Origin: Octopus vulgaris
Taxonomy: Eukaryota
Length of the DNA stretch: 64,000 nucleotides
Assembly (NCBI GenBank): GCA_951406725.2
Contig: OX597819.1
Span: 130,448,001 to 130,512,000, forward strand
Direction of reading: 5' to 3'
Shown one piece after another: positions 1 to 11,774 of the stretch. The notes below the pieces were generated by a model, which was not told the origin of the DNA, made no database searches, and saw nothing but the letters and a program-made list of their open reading frames with translations. Numbering within the stretch: position 1 is the stretch's first letter; the number at the start of each line of letters is the position of its first letter. The translations under genes and the position numbers were made by a program.

Positions 1-35
1 GGCGTGTATATATATCTGTGTGTGTTTATATATGA

Positions 36-420
36 CTAGCAGTATCGCCCGGCGTTGCTCAGGTTTGTAAGGGAAATAACTATAAAGCATTTTTAGAGAG
101 TTATAGCCAAAAAAATAACAAAAAAATGGAAAAAAATTATGGTAAATTTTTCTTTTTAGTTAAAAAAGGTGGAGTTGCGTCCCCTAGACAGTTTGCGGTT
201 TGTGTTTCTGATTCTCGACCCCATGTCGAATTTATCGATTTTTTTCAGAACTGGGGGAACTTTTCAAAATATTCGCTGCGTTAGTTTTGAATTATGACAT
301 TGGGCTATGTGTGTGTCAAGTTTCATCAGAATCGGTTGAAAGCCGTGGTCAGAGTGAGGGTACGAGAAAACAGACACACAGAAATACGCACAGACAAACT
401 GCCGTTTATATAGAGAGAGA
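36..420 (-). mobile_element. Non-autonomous Helitron-like element (copy 1)
   Basis: Minus strand starts A|TCTCTCTATATAAACGG and ends with an imperfect GC-rich hairpin (cctgagcaacgccggg) followed by CTAG|T, i.e. canonical 5'-TC...CTRR-3' ends in an AT target. Near-identical copy at 56267-56648. Confidence 0.75.
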
Positions 421-674
421 TTGTGCGTACATGATTGTGTCTTGTGCAAATTGATATAATGCATGCACGTGTTTTCAAGTCGTATGCAGGAGATAAAACA
501 CATATGCATCGGATTATGCATGTATGTCTAAGAATTTACATGCATTTCTTTTATGCATGGGTATATGGGCATATCTAAAGCATTGTATGTTCGCTTACAT
601 GTGTAAGAGCATATGTGTGTGTGTGTGTGTGTGCTTATATATGTGTGTGTGCATTTATATATATAATACGTATG

Positions 675-707
<33 letters not shown>

Positions 708-726
708 ATATACATACATGGTTATA

Positions 727-1127
727 TACTCTTTTACTCTTTTACTTGTTTCAGTCGTTTGACTGCGGCCATGCTGGAGCACCGCCTTTAGTCGAGTAAA
801 TCGACCCCGGGACTTATTCTTTGTAAGCCCAGTGCTTATTCTATCGGTCTCTTTTGCCGAACCGCTAAGTGACGGGGACGTAAACACACCAGCATCGGTT
901 GTCAAGCAATGCTACACAAACATATACACACATACATACATATATATATATATACATATATACGACAGGCTTCTTTCAGTTTCCGTCTACCAAATCCACT
1001 CACAAGGCATTGGTCGGCCCGGGGCTATAGCAGAAGACACTTGCCCAAGATGCCATGCAGTGGGACTGAACCCGGAACCATGTGGTTGGTAAACAAGCTA
1101 CTTACCACACAGCCACTCCTGCGCCTA
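727..1127 (-). mobile_element. SINE family A (tRNA-derived, about 400 bp), full length
   Basis: tRNA-like head with A box (tggctgtgtgg) and B box (ggttcagtccc), CORE-like cttgggcaag motif, internal TA/TG microsatellite and (gtaaaaga)n tail. About 20 copies in the window. Confidence 0.9.
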
Positions 1128-1149
1128 TATATATATTTTTCCTTTGTAC

Positions 1150-1533
1150 TTTTATTTGTTTCAGTCATTTGATTGCGGCCATGCTGAAGCACCGCCTTTA
1201 GTCGAGCATATCGACCCCGGGACTTATTCTTTGTAAGCCTTGTACTTACTCTATCGGTATCTTTTGCCGAACCGCTAAGATACGGGGGCGTAAATACACC
1301 AACATCAGTTGTCAAGCGATTGTGGAGAACGAACACAGACACACACACACACACATATATATATATACACGACAGGCTTCTCTCAGTTTCCATCTACCAA
1401 ATCCACTCACAAAGCTTTGGTCGTCCCAAGGCTATAGTAGAAGACACTTGCCCTAAGTGCCACGCAGTGGGACTGAACCCGAAACCATAAGGTTAGTAAG
1501 CAAGCTACTTACCACATAGCCACTCCTGCGCCT
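1150..1533 (-). mobile_element. SINE family A, full length
   Basis: Aligns by eye along its length to 727-1127. Confidence 0.88.
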
Positions 1534-1541
1534 ATATACAT

Positions 1542-1576
<35 letters not shown>

Positions 1577-1589
1577 GATATAGATATAT

Positions 1590-1950
1590 AGGTAAACAGT
1601 AAAAATAATTACAGACATGGACAAGAACATGAAACGCCACAGAGACGACACAAGAACCACAGGACGGGACATTCGAAGCCCTCAGTCATCAGTCAAGAAC
1701 CAGATCATCTTAGCAATTTCGGCTGATTAATCTTGAGATTGCTCCGATATGGGCAGCCCGCCAAGGGAAATCTAAGCCAAGTGCATTAGATCCCCTGGAA
1801 GAAAGCTTCGAATGTATACAACACGAGGACGGAAAACGAACGAAGTACACGAACAAAAATACAGAATACGTGACAACAATAAGAATACAAAAACGTAGAG
1901 AGATAATACTTACTTGGAAAATGATGCGTGGCGTTCGACCACATAATAAT
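1590..1950 (-). mobile_element. Dispersed repeat (probable PLE terminus) carrying a scrambled hammerhead-like motif, copy 1
   Basis: Homologous to 40755-41050, adjacent to (TA)n, contains CTGATGA and GAAA hammerhead core elements. Confidence 0.65.
1675..1743 (-). ncRNA. Candidate hammerhead ribozyme with non-circularly permuted strand order
   Basis: Minus strand reads agcaat-C-tcaaga-ttaa-tcagcc-GAA-attgct-(13 nt)-tcttga-CTGATGA-ctgag-ggct. Stem I tcaaga/tcttga and stem III agcaat/attgct are perfect, with an AUC triplet. Confidence 0.5.
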
Positions 1951-2180
1951 ATAAATAATATGTAAATATATGCAAATATACAGGGGGGGGAATAAATATT
2001 CGTAAATGTCAAAATTCTTTATTTAATTTCTAAAGAACATAAATGCGATGTACCAATACTATATTTGCATACACATGCATAAGCTAAGAATATGCAAAAG
2101 AAGCTAATAAATTATAGTAACTAAGGAATTTATATACAATTATAAATATTTAGGGGTGAAAAAAAAAAGTATTAAAACTG

Positions 2181-2413
2181 AAGGCGGCGAGCTGGCAGAA
2201 ACGTTAGCGCGCCGGGCGAAATGTTTAGCGGTATTTCGTCTGCCGTTACGTTCTGAGTTCAAATTCCGCCGAGGTCGACTTTGCCTTTCGTCTTTTTCGG
2301 GGTCGATAAATAAAGTACCAGTTTCGCACTGGGGTCGATGTAATCGACTTAATCCGTTTGTCTGTCCTTGTTGTCCCCTCTATGTTTAGCCTCTTGTGGG
2401 CAGTGAAGAAATA
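2181..2413 (+). mobile_element. SINE family B (tRNA-derived, about 235 bp monomer)
   Basis: Head ggcggcgagctggcagaaacg, B box gagttcaaattcc, central gactttgcctttc..ggggtcgataaa..agtaccag domain and ttagcc..ttgtggg..gaaata tail. Many copies in the window. Confidence 0.88.
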
Positions 2414-2604
2414 CATACTAAAACTGTAAAACAACCACATTTCTTTCTGACGGTCTCTCTCTCACTCACTCATTCAGTTCCTCTCCCTCTCTCCGCTTCA
2501 TCTCCTTCAACTCCCGAGCTGACGTCAGCATTTCTGCTGAAATGCCCTACATTTGTTTCGACTAGTTTTTAAAATAATGAAGAATTTAGTAAAATAAGCT
2601 AGTG

Positions 2605-2770
2605 TTTGTAACGTGGCTGTGTGATAAGAAGTTTACTTACCAACCACATGGTTCCCGGTTCAATCCTAGTTTTGGCGCCTTGGACAAGTGTCTTCTACTA
2701 AAGCCTCGGGCCAGCCAAAGCTTTGTGACTGGATTTGTTAGATGGAAACTGAAAGAAGCCCGTCGCATAT
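2605..2770 (+). mobile_element. SINE family A, 5' half
   Basis: tggctgtgtgataag...ggaaactgaaagaagcccgtcg matches the family A head. Confidence 0.8.
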
Positions 2771-2805
2771 ATATAGTATTAGTAGTAGTGGTGGTGGTGG
2801 TGGTG

Positions 2806-2857
<52 letters not shown>

Positions 2858-3007
2858 GTGTTGTTGTTCTTATTTAATTCTAGGTCATCCCTAGTCGAAA
2901 AGAACAGATATATGATTCAAAAGCCGTGACCATCTTATGCAAGGAACCCAAGATCATACAAGGAACCCAAGATCATAGTATCCAACTTTTCCTTTTCTGA
3001 GATTTTT

Positions 3008-3200
3008 CTACTTGTGTCAGTCACTTAACTGCGGCCATGCTGAGACACCACTTTGAAGGGTTTTGCTCAAACAAATCGACTTACTTTTTTTTTAAGCCTA
3101 ATAATTATTGCATTGAAGTTTTAGGTCGAACCATTAAATTACGGGAGCGTAAACACACCTACATCGGTTGTCAAGCGGAGGTAAGGGGAAATACACAGAT
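3008..3200 (-). mobile_element. SINE family A, degenerate 3' half
   Basis: Contains the tcagtcacttaactgcggccatgctg and acatcggttgtcaagcg motifs. Confidence 0.7.
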
Positions 3201-3296
3201 ACAAATCAATCCATCCATCCATCCATATATACATACATACATACATACATACATACATACATACATACATACATACATACATACATACATACATAC

Positions 3297-3491
3297 AGGG
3301 GAGAATTCACAAATAAAACCCAAAAGACGAAGACAGGTGGTGTAGACAACAAACAGATGTATTAGTATAACGCTCGGGAAGTGAAAAAAATCTTTAACGT
3401 TTCGAGCCTACGCTCTTCTACAGAAAGGGACACAAAAACAAACAAGGAGAGAACATAAAGATTGTGTAGTGGCTAGCGATCTATCATGGCG
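3297..3491 (-). mobile_element. PLE-type terminal repeat with minimal hammerhead (GAGC-stem family)
   Basis: Minus strand 3392-3427 reads cttt-CTGTAGA-a-GAGC-gtag-GCTC-GAAAC-GTT-aaag. Homologous copies at 32940-33130 and 50906-51092. Confidence 0.7.
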
Positions 3492-3534
3492 AATATCTAT
3501 ATATACACACACATATATATATATACACACACAC

Positions 3535-3875
<341 letters not shown>

Positions 3876-3882
3876 TTAAACG

Positions 3883-3924
<42 letters not shown>

Positions 3925-3949
3925 TATATTTATACGCATACACACGCAG

Positions 3950-3984
<35 letters not shown>

Positions 3985-4118
3985 ACAGGCTCCTTTCAAC
4001 GTCTACCAAATATGCTCCCAAGGCTTTGGTAGGCTCGAGTCTTGTGCCACGCACTGGGTCTAAATCCGGAACCATTTCGTTGGGAAGCAAGCTTCTTACC
4101 ACGCAGGTCACGCCTGCA
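3985..4118 (-). mobile_element. SINE family A, degenerate 5' half
   Basis: Contains the gtctaccaaat, gtgccacgcactggg, ggaaccat and cttaccac motifs. Confidence 0.65.
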
Positions 4119-4137
4119 TTTATAAAACGTCATTGTT

Positions 4138-4221
4138 TGTTAGGAGTGGGGTACGAACCCGTGCCGGAAAGACACGACTGCGACTTGAACGCAGCGCCTT
4201 GGACCGTTCGGTGATGTGAAG
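4138..4221 (-). pseudogene. Degenerate tRNA-Leu (CAG-type body, anticodon reads CAA)
   Basis: Minus strand ccgaacggtccaaggcgctgcgttCAAgtcgcagtc...gggttcgtaccccactcctaaca closely follows the metazoan tRNA-Leu(CAG) sequence with a long variable arm. The acceptor stem and T-loop are mutated. Confidence 0.7.
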
Positions 4222-4582
4222 GATAATTCGGTTACTTTTCCTAGCATGCTCTGTGACCAAGGATAGACGTTCTAGTTGACCGTTCGACGCAGAAAATATG
4301 CAGTAATGAATATAAGTAGAATGGTAATACCCGTAAGATTAGAGTGGAACAGGGTAGAAGGAGCCGGGTAGAGGAGGCAGTTTAGTGATTGCATGCAAGG
4401 GCAGTGTAGTATTAACACGATTTTAAGAGAATGGTGAAGCGCAGATTCAAAGTGTTGATTTAGTGTTTAGTGCATTCCCCTTATCCAGATCCCTAGAGAC
4501 TGTTATTTCAATCCGTCTGCTCATTGCAAATTCATTCGGGACGTCGATTAGCGATTATGACACATACATGAAGAACCCAGTG

Positions 4583-4675
<93 letters not shown>

Positions 4676-5016
4676 TTATCTATCTATCTATCAATATATA
4701 TATATATATGTGCCTATCAATCTCTCTATCCATTTGTCTGTCTGACTGACCGTTGTCTGTCTATCTGTTTATCTGCCTATCTATCTACCTACATATCTAT
4801 CTACATATTTCTTTGTGTGTATCTGTTTGCCTGTCTATCTCTCGATACATCTATCGATCTACCTATCTCCCTATCAATCAATCTATTCATCTGTCTGTCT
4901 ATCTCTCTCTTTCTTTCTCTCTCTCTCTTCCTCTTTCTCTCTCTCTTTTCCCTCTCTCTCTCCCTCTTACTCCCTCTCTCTCTATATATATATATATTTA
5001 TATATATATATATATA
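4583..5016. repeat. Compound microsatellite (TATC)n/(TC)n/(TA)n
   Basis: Seen directly in the sequence. Confidence 0.95.
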
Positions 5017-5017
5017 T

Positions 5018-5129
5018 TGGGTTGTCCGGAAAGTTCGTGCCGATTTCTAGTAGCTTACCTTTCGACTTATTTTAGAACATGGTTGAGTCCATAAAAAAGG
5101 ATTTGACTACACCTCCATTTAGAGCACAG

Positions 5130-5130
<1 letters not shown>
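5018..5130 (+). mobile_element. Mariner-like terminal fragment
   Basis: TA + TTGGGTTGTCCGGAAAGTTCGTGCCGATTT resembles mariner TIRs (compare 36545). No second TIR found. Confidence 0.5.
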
Positions 5131-5178
<48 letters not shown>

Positions 5179-5184
5179 AATATT

Positions 5185-5236
<52 letters not shown>

Positions 5237-5318
5237 CAAATATATACATATATATATATACATATATATACATATAAATACATATGCATATATATACATA
5301 TATATATATACATATATC

Positions 5319-5364
<46 letters not shown>

Positions 5365-5367
5365 TAT

Positions 5368-5462
<95 letters not shown>

Positions 5463-5481
5463 AATATATATATATAAATAT

Positions 5482-6618
5482 TACTCTGCTCTAGGCCCTG
5501 ATAGATTCCCCGCTAGTCTCCTGAAGGAATGTAGACACCAACTTGCAGTCCCTCTGACCAACCTCTGGAGAAATTCGTTAGACGCAGGATATATACCGAA
5601 ACAGTTTCTATCCCAGTCAGTCATCCCGGTTTTCAAACAGGGAAACAGATCCCTCGCACTCAACTATCGCCCAATCTCACTCACCTCCCACATCATCAAA
5701 ATGTTTGAAAGAGTGTTAAGATCAAGGATAGCTGACTTCCTGGAGACCCACAAACTCCTAAATACAAATCAGCATGGCTTTCGCTGTGGCAGGGACTGTC
5801 TAACACAGCTCTTACACCACATTGAAGATGTACTCAAAGCCTTGGGAACAGGTTCGAACTCTGATGTCATATATCTTGACTTCAGTAAAGCGTTCGACAT
5901 GGTAGACCATAATATCCTACTCTCAAAATTGGCAAATGTTGGAATCCGTGGAAAAGTTCTACAGTGGATCAAGTATTTCCTGGCGAATAGAACACAACAT
6001 GTTGTAGTTGATGGAGTCCACTCAAGCCCAGCAAAAGTCACCAGCAGTGTCCCCCAGGAGACTCTCTTGGGTCCGCTACTTTTCATAATTTACATAAACG
6101 ACCTTTCCAGTGTCGTACATTACTGCAAAGTGAAAATATTTGCTGATGACACTAAGCTCCAGCAAATCGTCAATGAAGAAGCAGATCGAACTCAACTCCA
6201 GTCTGATCTATATGCTGTGAGTCAATGGGTAGACAGAAACAAAATGCAACTGAACGAGGGAAAATTTGAGCTGATGCATTTTGGAAGAAATTCCTCACTA
6301 AAACAGCCATACTCTCTTCCTTCAGGGGAACCGCTCACAGCCTCTAACAATATCAGAGACCTGGGTGTAATTGTTGATGACGATCTCAGTTGGAGTGCAC
6401 ACATCAACAAGAAGGTCGATATAGCTCGTAGGATGAGTTCCTGGATCTTAAGAACTTTCCGGTCCAGAGAACAAGGTGTCATCATACCACTTTTCTCCTC
6501 CTTTGTACGGCCACACCTCGAATACTGCTGCCCACTGTGGTCTCCCCATACAAGACAAAACATCTCGACGATTGAATCACCCCAGAGAGCACTCACTAAA
6601 CGAATTGAAGGCATGGCT
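5482..6618 (+). pseudogene. CR1-group LINE ORF2 reverse transcriptase, 5'-truncated (host LINE, part 1)
   Basis: Open frame with NYRPISLTS, QHGFR, YLDFSKAFD, VPQETLLGPLLF and FADD motifs. Confidence 0.93.
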
Positions 6619-6639
6619 GCTCTCGAAGGCATGGCTACT

Positions 6640-7183
6640 CATATTGGAGACCCATATTGGAGTACGGGATTCAAGCCTCTTCTCCTTATCTCCTCAAAGA
6701 CATACAGCATCTCGAAAGAGTCCAGAAGCTGGCTACCCGCATGGTTCATGGTCTCAAAAATTTGTCCTATGAAGAAAGGCTGAGGACGCTCGACCTTTGT
6801 TCTCTTGAAAAACGCCGCCGCCGTGGTGATCTCATTCTCGCCCACAACATCATAAGCGGAAAGTGTAACCTCTCGAAAGAGCTGTTCTTCACTCCTGCTC
6901 CAGAGCGTCGGCTGCGGGGTCATTCCGAAAAGCTCTAACTGCGACGATTTCATCTCAATCGAAGGAGAGGAGCTTTCTCCGTCCGGGTTGCGGATCCGTG
7001 GAACAAGCTGCCAGACGAGATGGTGAAGATGCCGACGACCGCTTTGTTCAAAGCCTCCCTTAACCTCAAGTGGCCTGAACTCTTTACATGAACACCACCC
7101 TGTACTTAACTCCATGTCCCCCTACATGGCCTTGCTATTTGCTTTAGAGCCAAATTAACTAACTAACTAACTAACTAACTAAC
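6640..7183 (+). mobile_element. Nested 5'-truncated CR1 LINE 3' end with (TAAC)n tail
   Basis: RPILEYG...LSYEERLRTLDL.SLEKRRRRGDLI...FSVRVADPWNKLP...KWPELFT* with one internal stop, followed by a 3' UTR and (taac)n. Confidence 0.9.
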
Positions 7184-7188
7184 TACTC

Positions 7189-7633
7189 TCGTGAGCGGTA
7201 CATCATTTGTACGATGTGGAGATATACCGCCAACTTTGCCCAAATGACCTGTACATTAGCTTCAAGGTTCATCCAAGACTGGGACCACGGGCCATACGTC
7301 CCCTGCCCAATTCAAGATCACAGCATACATGTACACTACAACATAATTTCTTTTCCTCAACAGGCTCTGCCCTATTTAACATTGTCCCGAAAGAGATCAA
7401 AGAGGAACAGGATCCCATCAACTTTAAACGGAGTCTGGATAGATTCCTTCAAGGAATACCAGATAAGCCACCCATAATTGGATACAACTCACCCAACAAA
7501 AACTCACTACTTGAATGGACCATAAACAAAACTTGACTTAAACAGGATTCAAATAATCCTATCAGGTGGTGCTTTTAAGTTAGACATGACCTGGACCAAT
7601 CATTGGTCGAAACAGGTCTAAGTTTATCTAAGT
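7189..7633 (+). mobile_element. CR1-group host LINE, part 2 (ORF2 C-terminus and 3' UTR)
   Basis: RERYIIC...GSALFNIVPKEIK...FKRSLDRFLQGIPDKP...NSL continues the element interrupted at about 6620. The 3' UTR has hairpin gaccaa-tca-ttggtc. Confidence 0.85.
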
Positions 7634-7700
<67 letters not shown>

Positions 7701-7959
7701 ATACAGTGTACAGATTGAAATAAAATTATTTTATTTCAATCTGTATTTAAGTCTGCAGAAACCTTGCAGGGTCTAGGATTAAGGTAAAAGTTTATATTTT
7801 CCAATCACTTTCGGAATTACAATAATTAGTGGCTTGGAGTTTAACTGCTCTTTCTAGTGAGTCAGATATCCTATGGCTACAAGAACGTAAACTCCGGCGA
7901 AGGCACACGAAGTAGATGGTGATGTTAAACTTGACAGAGTTAACATCTAGCCACGCATG

Positions 7960-8120
7960 CGAGGGGTGGGGGCTGAAAAGTTTCCTGGCTTTGTGTAAAA
8001 GAAAATACAGGAGGATCAGTTAATTATGATTTTCTTCAACTTATTCCCCTCTCAGCTTCACACACTTATTGCAGCGATCCTTCAGTTTTCCTAAGCCCTT
8101 TAAAACAACTCGGAAGTTCT
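7960..8120 (-). mobile_element. Mariner 3' fragment
   Basis: Minus frame GLGKLKDRCNKCVKLRGE*VEE matches the mariner C-terminus, followed by a TIR-like cgagggg..ctgaaaagtt. Confidence 0.7.
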
Positions 8121-8208
8121 TGTAGCTGTAAGGAAAATTAGAATCCTATTGTGTAACTCTTGGTTTGCCTGATCAAGTAGACCCTATGTGAAGACTTTAA
8201 GCTAATTA

Positions 8209-8618
8209 AGGCGCAGGAGTGGCTGTGTGGTAAGTAGCTTGCTAACCAACCACATGGTTCCGGGTTCAGTCCCACTGCGTGGCATCTTGGGCAAGTGTCT
8301 TCTGCTATAGCCCTGGGCCGACCAATGCCTTGTGAGTGGATTTGGTAAACGGAAACTGAAAGAAGCCTGTCGTATATATGTATATATATATATGTGTGTG
8401 TTTGTGTCTGTGTTTGTCCCCCTAGCATTGCTTGACAACCGATGCTGGTGTGTTTACGTCCCCGTCACTTAGCGGTTCGGCAAAAGAGACCGATAGAATA
8501 AGTACTGGGCTTATAAAGAATAAGTCCCGGGGTCGATTTGCTCGACTAAAGGCGGTGCTTCAGCATGGCCGCAGTCAAATGACTGAAACAAGTAAAAGAG
8601 TAAAAGAGTAAAAGAGTA
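8209..8618 (+). mobile_element. SINE family A, full length
   Basis: Complete head, body and (gtaaaaga)3 tail. Confidence 0.92.
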
Positions 8619-8744
8619 ATTTGACTGAACGGCCGGGTACCTTTTACAAACCCCTTGCGCCAGATATATTGTCTCCGCTTGGTTAAAGACCATACAGTAT
8701 ACTCCGGCATTCTGTCCTACATGCAAGGGCTTATAAAAACTATA

Positions 8745-8885
8745 TTTTGTTTACGTCTTCCTGACTTAGCTGTTCGGTAAAAAGCGTCCGATAGATTAAG
8801 TACAGGGCCTTAAAACAAAAATAAGTGCTGGAGTCGATTTGTTCGGCTAAACCCTTCAAGGCGGTGCCCCAGCCTGGTCGCAGTC
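8745..8885 (+). mobile_element. SINE family A, degenerate 3' half
   Basis: Contains the gtttacgtc, cgatagattaagtac, gtcgatttgttcggctaaa and aaggcggtgccccagc motifs. Confidence 0.7.
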
Positions 8886-9319
8886 TGCGTATGTGCGTGT
8901 ATGTGTGTGTGTGAGATAGTGTGTAAGTGATGAGTACGGGAGCACTTAGCAGTACAAGGAATGAAATAAAGAAGGGAAAAGAAAAAAGAGAGAGAAACAG
9001 AGAGAAAGAAGCAAAGGGAAAGAGTGAGAAAAAAAAACGAGTAATTTTTCAATATGCAGAAACGTGGATGATATCTGAAAAAAGAAAGGGAAACTATGGT
9101 GTGTGTGTGTCATAGATGCATGCGTGGTAGGGATATGTACACGAATACGTACGTGCATATCTACGTAGATTCATGCACGTATGTACAATAATCGAAATGC
9201 TATTCGACCGATCACTGTTATTCACAACACTAAATAGGCTTTTGTAGTGATTTTGCTAATTGGATAAACACTGCTCTCGGCACACAGCGGAGGTCTTTGG
9301 GGACCTAATATTGCTAAAG

Positions 9320-10508
9320 TGGTGGCGGTGGTGGTGGTGATCATACTTTGTAGTAGTGGTTTTAGTTGTGTCGCTGTTGGTGGTGGTGGGGGGTGGGGGG
9401 GGGGAAGAATTTAGTGGTCTGTTACGGTGTTAGTGATGGCGGTCGTGATAGAGACAGGTGACCGCGGTTAACCCGAGGTTGTGAATGATGTTGGCTGTAC
9501 ATAGTGGTGGTGGTGGTGGTGGTGGTAGTGGTGCTGGTAGTGGTGGAAAAAATGGTGGTGGTGGTGGTGGTGGTGGTAGTGGCGACGGCAGCGGTGGTGG
9601 TGGTGGTGGTGGTGGTGGTATTGGTGGTGGTGGTGGTGGTGGTGGTGGTAAAAAATGGATGTGCTGTTGATGTGCTCCTTGGAGTAGTCATGGTGTTAGT
9701 GGTTCTAATATTATTGTTGGTGGTGGTGGTGGTGCAGGTGGCATGTTGATGATGGCGGTATGTTTGTGGTGATGTTTGCAGTGGCGTTGATGGTAATGAT
9801 AGTAGTGATGGTAGTGATGGTGGTGGCACTGGTTGCGGTTGAATATAGTTGCGATGAAAGCGATAATGGTAGTGGTAATGGTGATAATGATGGTGGTGGT
9901 GGTGGTGGTGGTGGTGGTGGTGGTGGTGGTGGTGGTGGTGGTGGTGGTGGTGGTGGTGATGGTGGTGGTGATGGTGGTGGTGATGGTTTCACTGGTGGTG
10001 GTGATGATGGTGGTGGTGGTGATAATGATGGTGGTGGTGGTGACGTGGTGGTGATGGTTTCACTGGTGGCGGTGGTGGTGGTGGTGACGGTGGTGGTGGT
10101 GGTGGTGGTGGTGGTGTCACTGGTCGATTTATAATGGCTACGGTAAGAGTCGTGGGCGGTGGTAGCATTGGGTGCCGGACGTAGCTAATGATGTTCGGTG
10201 GTGGTGGCGTTGGCGGTGTTTGTGGTGCTTGTAGACTTACCGATGGTAGGGACTACGTCGATAGAACTTCTCTCATAGGATCGATGGTCGCTGTTCATGA
10301 TGGTGATGCCAGTGGTACTCGATGGAAGCTGTGGTTCGTGGCGTAGAAGGGGTGGATGGTCATGGAGAGAGCGACGACGGTCGTGGTGGACGTTTTGGAC
10401 TGAAGACGTCTTTCAAGATATTGGATTGGTCGATGATAATGCTGCTGCTGCTGCTACTGCTGCTGCTGCTGATGATGATGATGTTGATGATGATGATGAT
10501 GATGCAGT

Positions 10509-10557
<49 letters not shown>

Positions 10558-11081
10558 TAAGGTTAGCGGGAACGGCATTAGCCGTGGGGGTGGCGGAGAC
10601 GACGGCAGTGGAGATGGTGACGGCAATGGCAGCGGCGGCGGCGGCGGTGGTGGTGGTGGAGGTGAAGGTAGTGGTGGTGGTGTTTCTATTAAAGATGCAG
10701 CAATGTCAGTTGGTGGCCGTAATTTGTGCTGTGGAAAATTCTGACGTTTAACATGGGTGTGGCAGGGGTGGAGGTTATTATACGGCCTGCTAGTTTGGGT
10801 AGGTGGTGGTGGTGCTGGTGCTGGTGGTGGTAGAGGAGATGTTAGTTGTGGTGGTGGTGGTGGTGTTGGTTGTGGTGGTGGTCGTCGTTGTGAGTGGTGC
10901 TGGTGCTGGTGCTGGTGCTGCTGCTGCTGCTGATGATGATGTTAATGACGTTGATGATGATGATGGTGGTGCTGGTGATGGTGTTGGTTGTGAGGTGGTG
11001 GTCGTTGTAGTGGTGGTGGTGCTGGTGCTGGTGGTGGCTTGCTGCTGCTGCTGCTGCTGATGATGATGATGTTGATGACGT

Positions 11082-11113
<32 letters not shown>

Positions 11114-11500
11114 TTGGTAGTGGTGATGGTAGTGGCGGCGAGTTATTGCAGCTTCTGTTGGCGCTGGTGCCGCTACTGAAAGCTTTAGTGTTAACTGACA
11201 GCTTTAAAATGGTATTTAATGGGATAATGTTGACGGTCGTGATGACGATGATGATGGTGATGGTGAATTTAGTGTTGGAATAATGGTCCCTTGCTGGTGG
11301 TGGGTGAGTTGCGAATGTGATAACGGTATGATAATGGAGTAGAGAGATAGCGGTGGTGGTGGTGGAGATGGTGGTGGAGATGGTGGAGGTGTTAGTGGTG
11401 GTGATGGTTTCAGGGTCAAGTTATTTGCAGTGATTGAGATGGAAACTGCAATTGGGATAACAACAGCGGGGAATTGGTGGTTGCGGTGGCGGAGGCGCTT
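9320..11500. repeat. Degenerate trinucleotide-repeat island (GGT/GAT/GCT)n
   Basis: Seen directly; G/T-rich on the + strand over about 2.2 kb. Confidence 0.9.
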
Positions 11501-11741
11501 GTAATACAGAAATTGTAATTGTTGGGATTAATACAGACAGACAGACAGACACACACACACACACAAGCACATATGCGCGCGCGTACGGACGTATTTGTGT
11601 AAGCGTATATATATGCCTGTGTTTCTGTATGTATGTATGCATGTATGTGTATGTATATGTATGTGTATGTATGTATGTATGTATATGTATGTGTATGTAT
11701 GTGTGTATGTATGTATGTATGTATTATGTATGTATGTATGC

Positions 11742-11774
<33 letters not shown>

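Noticed and set aside
832-1172. Recurrent ORFs (…EDTCPRCHAVGLNPEPCGW, …RLPNPLTRHWSARGYSRR) suggesting a gene family
   Set aside because: They are antisense translations of SINE A; their starts and frames vary between copies.
1661-1692. Conventional local hammerhead CTGATGA..ttcGAAT
   Set aside because: It has GAAT instead of GAAA and no downstream stem III/NUH partner; the scrambled pairing explains the sequence better.
5701-6783. 360-aa ORF as an intact or domesticated RT gene
   Set aside because: It is 5'-truncated with no endonuclease, has PQET instead of PQG, and its C-terminus is out-of-frame read-through into a nested LINE.
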